Below are positions 53,908 through 55,898 of a stretch of DNA of 55,898 bases, in pieces (position 1 is the first letter of the stretch; each line of letters begins with the position of its first letter). Origin of the DNA: Nitrosospira sp. (GTDB taxonomy: Bacteria; Pseudomonadota; Gammaproteobacteria; Burkholderiales; Nitrosomonadaceae); NCBI GenBank assembly GCA_039935055.1, contig JBDTKY010000064.1:1-55898 (forward strand). Reading direction: 5' to 3'. The position numbers were made by a program, and so were the translations under genes. Below the pieces are notes generated by a model, which saw nothing but the letters and a program-made list of their open reading frames with translations, made no database searches and was not told where the DNA came from.

Positions 53908-54672
53908 TTAAAATTCGAATATCTGCCCACGTCTCAATCGCTCCGGGTTGAAATCGCCTGCTGCTGTCTGAATTTCCGCCATCGTAGCGTCCTCATTACC
54001 CGGTTCCATGTGGGTGATCAGAAGACGAACGGTCTTGTTGAGGCGCTTTAACCCCCGCGCCAGCAGTTCCGGATGCATATGGCCGGAAGCCTCGGCCCCT
54101 GCCTTGTTGTCATTGAGAAACGTTGCTTCGATCATCAGATAGCGCAGGTTATTGATCGAATTTAGCGCGTTCCAGAACGGCTCGTGGTACGCCGTGTCGC
54201 CACTGAAGACAAAACTAGCCGTGCCGCTGTCGAGTTGATAGGCCACGCCCGGCACGGCATGCCGTGCCGGTAGCGGAGTGATTTTCCTTCCCAATAATTC
54301 CACCATTTGTCCCGCTGCAATGGATTGGAATACGACGTAGGGTTTGTCGGGCGAAGGCAAGGCAGTGTAATCCGGCCAAAGTCGAAAATTGAATATATCC
54401 TGCTTGAGTATGGCGATGGTTTCTGGCAAGGCATAAACTGTGAGCGGCGTATCCCGGCGTGGCCCCACAACGTCAGCCAGCATCGGCAGCAGTGCTACGT
54501 GGTCGAGATGCGAATGCGTAAGAAATACTGTGTTGATACGCAGCATCTGGTTCATCGTTAAATCGCCCGCGCCGGTACCCACATCAACCAGAATATCGTC
54601 GTCAAGCATCAGGCAAGTGGTTCTTAAATCCGTCGCTATGCCGCCGGTGCATCCAAGTATGGTTACGCGCAT
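53908..54672 (-). CDS. Metallo-beta-lactamase-fold hydrolase, class II cyclic-nucleotide phosphodiesterase-like
   Basis: LGCTGGI, DVGTG, THSHLDH, FNFRLWPDY, FSGDT, GH and TH motifs. Confidence 0.82.
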   Translation of the reverse strand: MRVTILGCTGGIATDLRTTCLMLDDDILVDVGTGAGDLTMNQMLRINTVFLTHSHLDHVALLPMLADVVGPRRDTPLTVYALPETIAILKQDIFNFRLWPDYTALPSPDKPYVVFQSIAAGQMVELLGRKITPLPARHAVPGVAYQLDSGTASFVFSGDTAYHEPFWNALNSINNLRYLMIEATFLNDNKAGAEASGHMHPELLARGLKRLNKTVRLLITHMEPGNEDATMAEIQTAAGDFNPERLRRGQIFEF

Positions 54673-54744
54673 TTTCTTCTCGATCAGTGGATATAAAAGT
54701 ATTCGCGGAACCTTCCTTCTATCTCATCCAGAATCCACCCAAGC

Positions 54745-55809
54745 CTATTTTGAAGGCACCCTGGGAGCGAGATCCTGCGCTGCTGGCTCTTTTTCCCACG
54801 ATAACACTTTAAGCCCGCAGGCACGTGCCCAAACAACGAGCAATGCGCGCAGCAGGCGCGGGGCGCCGGGCAAAATCCATACCTCGGAAATGCGCCTGTC
54901 CGTACGCCAACCGCGCAGCAGAAGCCTTATCACCGCCTCCAGGCCCATGGCATAATTGCGCATTTGCAAACAGAGAAGTAATCGCGCCGGTTGCGGCGTA
55001 AGCCAATGGACGTAGCCTCCTTCGTAAAATACGTAATCGAACGCATCAAGAAGACTTGAGGGAAAATGCGTCAGGGGGCAATTGTCCGAGAGAAGCAGGA
55101 CATTAAGCGATGCGTTAGGATAGCGTGAAAAGTAAAGGTTACGGTTGCGCCGTACCAGTTCCCTGAAAGAACGGCCGCGACCGAACGATCCACCACCTTC
55201 ATGGTATATATGGGCGTCAGGATGCACGCCCAGATGCCAACCGAGCAGATTTAGCCGACGGCCAAGATCTATATCTTCATAATAACCGCGGCCGAATGCG
55301 GGATCGAAGCCTCCGATTTCAAGGAGAACGTGGCGCCGGATCAGGAACGCGTGGCCTCGGAGACGGTGTGTACGTATGTAGTCACCGGGCTCGCGCACAT
55401 ATCGGTCCAGATTGTCCCTGGCATAGTCGTTGCCGGCGGGAATAATGACGGCTAGCTGCGGGTCAGCCGCAAGCGCCGCACATAGGCGAGGCAGTATATC
55501 TTCACTTACCATCGTATCCGAATTGAGTACCAGTATATGAGATGCGTCGGAGCGATTAATTGCTGCGTTTACCGATGCGCCGAAGCCCTGATTCTCCTGG
55601 GCATGATGAACACGGACGCACTCATACGACATGTTATCGAGCATCTCGCGCGTCTCAGCCTCGGAAGCATCATCCTGAATATAAATATACCGGATGGACC
55701 GGCCAAGGCAGGCAACCACCGAATCGATGCAGCGCCGCGTCAGCACGGGCGCATTATAGACTGGAATTACCACATCAATGGATGGTATGACCGGCGATAG
55801 GGTCGACAT
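54745..55809 (-). CDS. GT2-family glycosyltransferase with C-terminal extension
   Basis: VVIPVYN, QDDAS, NQGFGASVN, LNSD, GGFD..F..GYYEDIDL; start uncertain because the frame stays open to the window edge. Confidence 0.88.
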   Translation of the reverse strand: MSTLSPVIPSIDVVIPVYNAPVLTRRCIDSVVACLGRSIRYIYIQDDASEAETREMLDNMSYECVRVHHAQENQGFGASVNAAINRSDASHILVLNSDTMVSEDILPRLCAALAADPQLAVIIPAGNDYARDNLDRYVREPGDYIRTHRLRGHAFLIRRHVLLEIGGFDPAFGRGYYEDIDLGRRLNLLGWHLGVHPDAHIYHEGGGSFGRGRSFRELVRRNRNLYFSRYPNASLNVLLLSDNCPLTHFPSSLLDAFDYVFYEGGYVHWLTPQPARLLLCLQMRNYAMGLEAVIRLLLRGWRTDRRISEVWILPGAPRLLRALLVVWARACGLKVLSWEKEPAAQDLAPRVPSK

Positions 55810-55898
55810 AACGGGATCAGTAATCTCCTGGAAAATTCCGGTCATCAGGTAATCATGCGAATACAAGTTTTGCAGCGTGCACGTCCGGGTGAGGTTGA

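Overview
Chromosomal window from a betaproteobacterium, plausibly a Nitrosomonadaceae (Nitrosospira-like) ammonia oxidiser. This is inferred from gene order and protein style, not proven. Most of it is housekeeping: gdhA, mltA, dsbC, a Ubi hydroxylase, tRNA-Met, trpGDC, a porin, rpsO-pnp, dksA, rhlE, dapF-DUF484-xerC-hslVU, hfq-hflXKC-DUF2065-hisZ-purA, ilvA, rpiA, phoU-ppx-corA. Main accessory features: (1) an MNIO (DUF692/DUF2063) RiPP operon with two tandem secreted precursors. Both fuse HvfA/bufferin-type EGxCG motifs to a pair of EF-hands, and a perfect palindrome with a RegA/PrrA-type box lies upstream. This is the best candidate for an undescribed system. (2) A hopanoid cluster (hpnH-hpnM-hpnN-mlaA-shc-hpnG) in which only mlaA/vacJ is broken, by three lesions. 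(3) Three tandem BBP2/DUF1597-like outer-membrane barrels with an invariant Cys-Cys motif. (4) Decayed mobile DNA missed or fragmented by the ORF track: an IS200 pseudogene, an internally deleted IS200, an IS5 with TTAG target duplication, and a 156-bp MITE. (5) A 39-aa six-cysteine mini-ORF next to the tRNA. No CRISPR array, rRNA or prophage was seen.
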